In this document: positions 60,178 through 64,000 of the stretch, piece after piece
How the letters are laid out: each line of letters opens with the position of its first letter
How positions within the stretch are numbered: the first letter of the stretch is position 1
Origin: Okamejei kenojei
Taxonomy: Eukaryota
Assembly (NCBI GenBank): GCA_035221665.1
Contig: CM069167.1
Coordinates: 14,198,001-14,262,000, forward strand
DNA: 64,000 nt
Direction of reading: 5' to 3'
The notes under the pieces: generated by a model
What the model was told of the DNA's origin: nothing
Seen by the model: only the letters and a program-made list of their open reading frames with translations
Database searches by the model: none
Program-made: the position numbers and the translations under genes

Positions 60178-61889
60178 TAATTCTATTGAACTTGGCCTCC
60201 TCCCTTCCCCGCCCCACCTCAAGTCAGGACCTTCATTCTGGAGCATACTGTCCCTTTCCACAACCACCCTAAACCAGGAGGTCTGTCCAGCCTCCACGAT
60301 GTTGTCCCACCGACACTACCTTCACTTGTCCAGCTTCGTACACGGGAAGGCTGCCCTTTCTACTGTACAAACCAGCCCAAAATTCCCTCCCCGCTGAACT
60401 CAGAAAGACAGTCCCCTCCCCCTGAACCTTTCACACCTAGGCTGTGGGAATGCTGTGTTATATCCCCGTTAGCCATGATCACAATGAATGACGGTGTTGG
60501 CTCGAAGGGACAAATGGCCTCCTGCACCTATTCTCTATGTCTCTATGACTCTGACATGAAGAGGCCTGTAATATAACCATCATGATCGCCCAATGTGACC
60601 TCGTTTGACGGGATTTCCAGGATATCCTGCCTCAATACTGCAATAATATCCTCCTCAAAGCAATATAATGCATCCCTGCTGTCACCACACCACGAGATCT
60701 CACCCTGGATTGTCAAACAGGCCCTTCTTTCAACAATGACTCAGTGATCACATCACTTCCATATTCCCTTGTGCTGATCAGTGCTCCCAGTTCACCTGCC
60801 TCTCCTGTCGGGCTCCTTGCCACATGGTTCGTTTAGTTTAGTTTAGAGACACAGCGCAGAAACAGGCCCTTCAGACCCACCGAGTCTGTGCTGACCAGCG
60901 ATCCCCGCACACTCACATGCAAACACTGGGCATAATTTACATATATACCAAGCCAATTAGCCTACAAACCTGTACGTCTTTGGAGCGTGGGAGGAATCCG
61001 GAGATTCGAGGAAAAAAAAAAACCCCATGCAGGTCACGGGGAGAACGCACAAACTCCGTGCAGACAGCACCCCTTGTTAGGATCGAACCTGGTTTACTGG
61101 CGCTGTGAGGCAGCAACTCCACCTGGCCGTGCTCTATCATCCGAGATCTAACTCCCTACATTCACGTTGCAGGACCTCATCCCTCATCCCTCTTTTCACC
61201 AAAGTGGACCAAGCTGTTTGGCCACCCATTTAAAAAGTCCGGTGACCTCGCGATCCAGGCTCCAAGGAGGCAACAGTGAAGTTGCTTTGAAATTGACGTG
61301 TAGAAAAAAGCTGCCTTGGGGAGAAAAAAAATCTAGGCGAAAAAAAAACAGTAATGTAACCACCCCGCAGTAGTCAGACGCCATTGTCCCAGACGAAAAC
61401 GGTTGCTACTTTAACGAATTGACAAGCAGTCGCTTCTATTAACTCTCCTGAGAAGATACTCTTTTAAAAAAAGATCTTTGTTATTTTAAGAAAAATAATT
61501 CAGTTACTGAGAGTTTGAAACACGCTAACCACTAATGCCTTTCACCCCAGTGGCACAACTGTTGTTCCATAAACAAGGTTTCTCAGCCCAGCTGTTGCAT
61601 TATAATAAATTCTAAGACTGCTGTGAAAGAAATGATGCTGTCGTTTTCCTGTCTTCCTTTTTATACACCCAAACACATCTTTGTCCAGTCAATTGAAACG
61701 ACTTTTCAATATAAGTGAACACAAGAGGGCGACATTAGAGACAACTGATGCTGGAATCTTTAGCAAAATACTGGAGGGGCTCAGCAGGTCAGGCAGCATC
61801 TGTGGAGGTTTGGACTTTTCTTGTCTGCTTTTCATCTGTCACCACAGATGCTGCCCGACCCGCTGAGTTCCTCCACTATCTGTCATGCA

Positions 61890-62890
61890 GCATGGAAACA
61901 GGCCCAACTTGCCCACACACCGTCCAACATGTCCCACTTACACTACTCCCACGTGACTGCGTTTGTCCCATATCCCTCTAAACCTGCCCTATCCATGTAC
62001 CTGTCTAAATGCTTCTTAAACATTGTGATAGTCCCGGCCTCAATTACCTCCTCCGGCAGGTCGTTCCATAAACCCACCACCCTTTGTGTGAAAAAGTTAC
62101 CCTCAGATTCCTATAAAATTGGCCCCCCTTCACCTTAAACCTGTCCGCTCTGGTTCTCAATTCCCCCACTCTGGACAGCGAATGCAGCGCCGGAGACCCG
62201 GGTCCGATCCAGACTACGGGCGCTGTCTGTGCGGAGTCTGTACGTTCTCTCCGTGACCTGCGTGGGTTTACTCCGATTTCTTCGGTTTCCTCCCACACTC
62301 CAAAGACGTACAGGTTTGTAGGCTAATTGGCTTGGTAAACATTGTCCCTAGTGGGTGTAGGATGGCGTTAATGTGCGGGGATCGCTGGTCGGGGACCCGG
62401 TGCACCGAAGGGCCCTGTTTCCACGCTGTATCTCTAAACTAAACTCCCTCATCCTCCTTTGCTCCAAGCAACAGAGTCCCAGCCTGCTCAACCTCTCCTT
62501 GTAACTCACACCCTCTAGCCCTGGCAACATCTTCGTAAATCTTCTCTGTACTCTTACCTCTATACTCAGTACTCTGACTGATGAAGGCCAAAGAGCCAAA
62601 CGCCTTTTTGACCACCTTATCTACCTGTGACTCCACCTTCAAGGAGCCATGCACCTGTACTCCTAGATCCCTCTGCTCTACAACACTCCCCAGAGCCCTG
62701 CCATTCACTGTGTAGGTCCTGCCCATGTTAGACTTCCCCAAAATGCAACACCTCACATTTCTGTGTTAAATTCCATCCATTCCTCAGCCCACCTGGCCAA
62801 TCGATCAAGATCCTGCTGCAATTTTTGACACCCATCTTTACTATCTACAATACCACCCACTTTTGTGTCATCTGCAAACTTGCTAATCTT
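61890..62890 (-). mobile_element. CR1 fragments with a nested SINE (62185-62440, +)
   Basis: [18 protein letters not shown]; RFKVKGG motifs. Confidence 0.75.
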
Positions 62891-63024
62891 ACTATTTACA
62901 TTATTATCGATATGGATATCGATATAGATATCAAGATATCTTGTCTGCCTGCTCTGCTGAAGTAGCGAGATCCAAATGGCTTCAAGCCTGCCAGGAGGTC
63001 ACTGTAAAAGTCACTCACCTTGAC

Positions 63025-63400
63025 AACCGGGAGGTGGTCCTGGAGGAGAGGATGCTCCTCAAACTGCGGAGCATCCTGGACAATACAGCTCACTCCCTCC
63101 GTGACACACTGGTCAACCTGAGGAGCACCTTCAGCAACAGACTGGTTCCACCAAGATGCAGCACAGAACGCCACAGGAGATCCTGCTTCCCTGTGGCTAT
63201 CAAACGGTACAACGCCTCCCCCTTCTGTCGTGGGGTAGACTGAGACTGACTCCCCCCCACCCCCCCTCCATCGATCTTTATACATCCCAATCACTTTCCA
63301 CTCGTCACTTTAATTTCACGTTTCATGTATTTTGTGCTTTTATGCCAGTCGACAGATCAATTTCCCTCCTGGGATAAATGAAGTTCTATCGTATCGTATC
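63025..63400 (+). mobile_element. Rex1/Babar-type LINE 3' fragment
   Basis: EVVLEERMLLKLRSILDNTAH...PRCSTERHRRSCFPVAIKRYN; tail (TATCG)n. Confidence 0.7.
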
Positions 63401-64000
63401 TAAACTTCGGAAAATATCAAAATGACATTCACCAAACTTTCCTTTTACATACCTTGATGGTGATGAGAGTGGGAGGGCAGCCACGGCTGGTGTTCAACAA
63501 CATCGTGCTGGATAATGCACTCATCCACTTATTTACTCATGTTGTCAAATGCAAGGTAGCCGTCTGGGGACCTGCCACAGAATGGTCACGCCACAGAAGT
63601 AGGCCATTCGGTCCGTCATGCCATACTGGCCCCCCGTCACACGCTTCGCAGCAGCTGCAAATGCCCCCCCTTGTGGAATTTGGATTGAAAGATGGAAACA
63701 GGCCCTTCGGCCCACCCAGTCTATGCCAGCCATCTATCAGCCGTTCCCACTAGCCCCATGTTATCCCACTGTCCCCTCCACTCCCGACACAATTAACTTA
63801 CAAGCCCGCACGCCTTTGGGATGTGGGAGGAAACCGGAGACAGCGCCTGAGATCAGGGTTGAACTCGGGTCGCTGGTGCTGTGAGGTAGTTTCTCTACTG
63901 GCTGTGTCACTACACTAAAATGTTTTTTCTGGGTGTTACGCAGGTGATTTTAGCAGGATTAGCCAAATGCCTTTGCCCATTCCCATCAGTGACACAGGCT

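Noticed and set aside
63453-63571. Minus-strand exon-like segment with good splice sites
   Set aside because: Stops in all three frames and no partner exons identified; cannot be supported as coding.

Overview
Vertebrate genomic DNA, most likely from a cartilaginous fish (skate/ray type, judged from HE1/V-SINE, CR1 and Penelope repeat content). Two complete, convergent (tail-to-tail) protein-coding genes were reconstructed exon by exon with GT-AG junctions and consistent phases: DDX17 (+, 13 coding exons, 2801-28039, 692 aa) and KDELR3 (-, 5 coding exons, 55622-32889, 214 aa). Introns hold many mobile elements: a full-length Tx1-clade (Keno-like) LINE with a U2 snRNA 5' leader, inserted off-target into a Penelope GIY-YIG remnant that itself sits in a CR1 fragment; a non-autonomous DIRS element with a complete ITR/ICR architecture; Helitrons; Harbinger-like and Tc1/mariner-like MITEs; palindromic hammerhead-bearing Penelope derivatives with TSDs; CR1, Rex1 and RTEX-like fragments; and SINEs. 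The most interesting non-repeat signal is DDX17 intron 11. It is repeat-poor and carries candidate poison exons, several RNA hairpins, a distant branch point, and a miR-3064-like stem at its 3' splice site, which together suggest a structure-based autoregulatory module. All family assignments and cross-species similarities come from reading the sequence and from recall, not from database searches.
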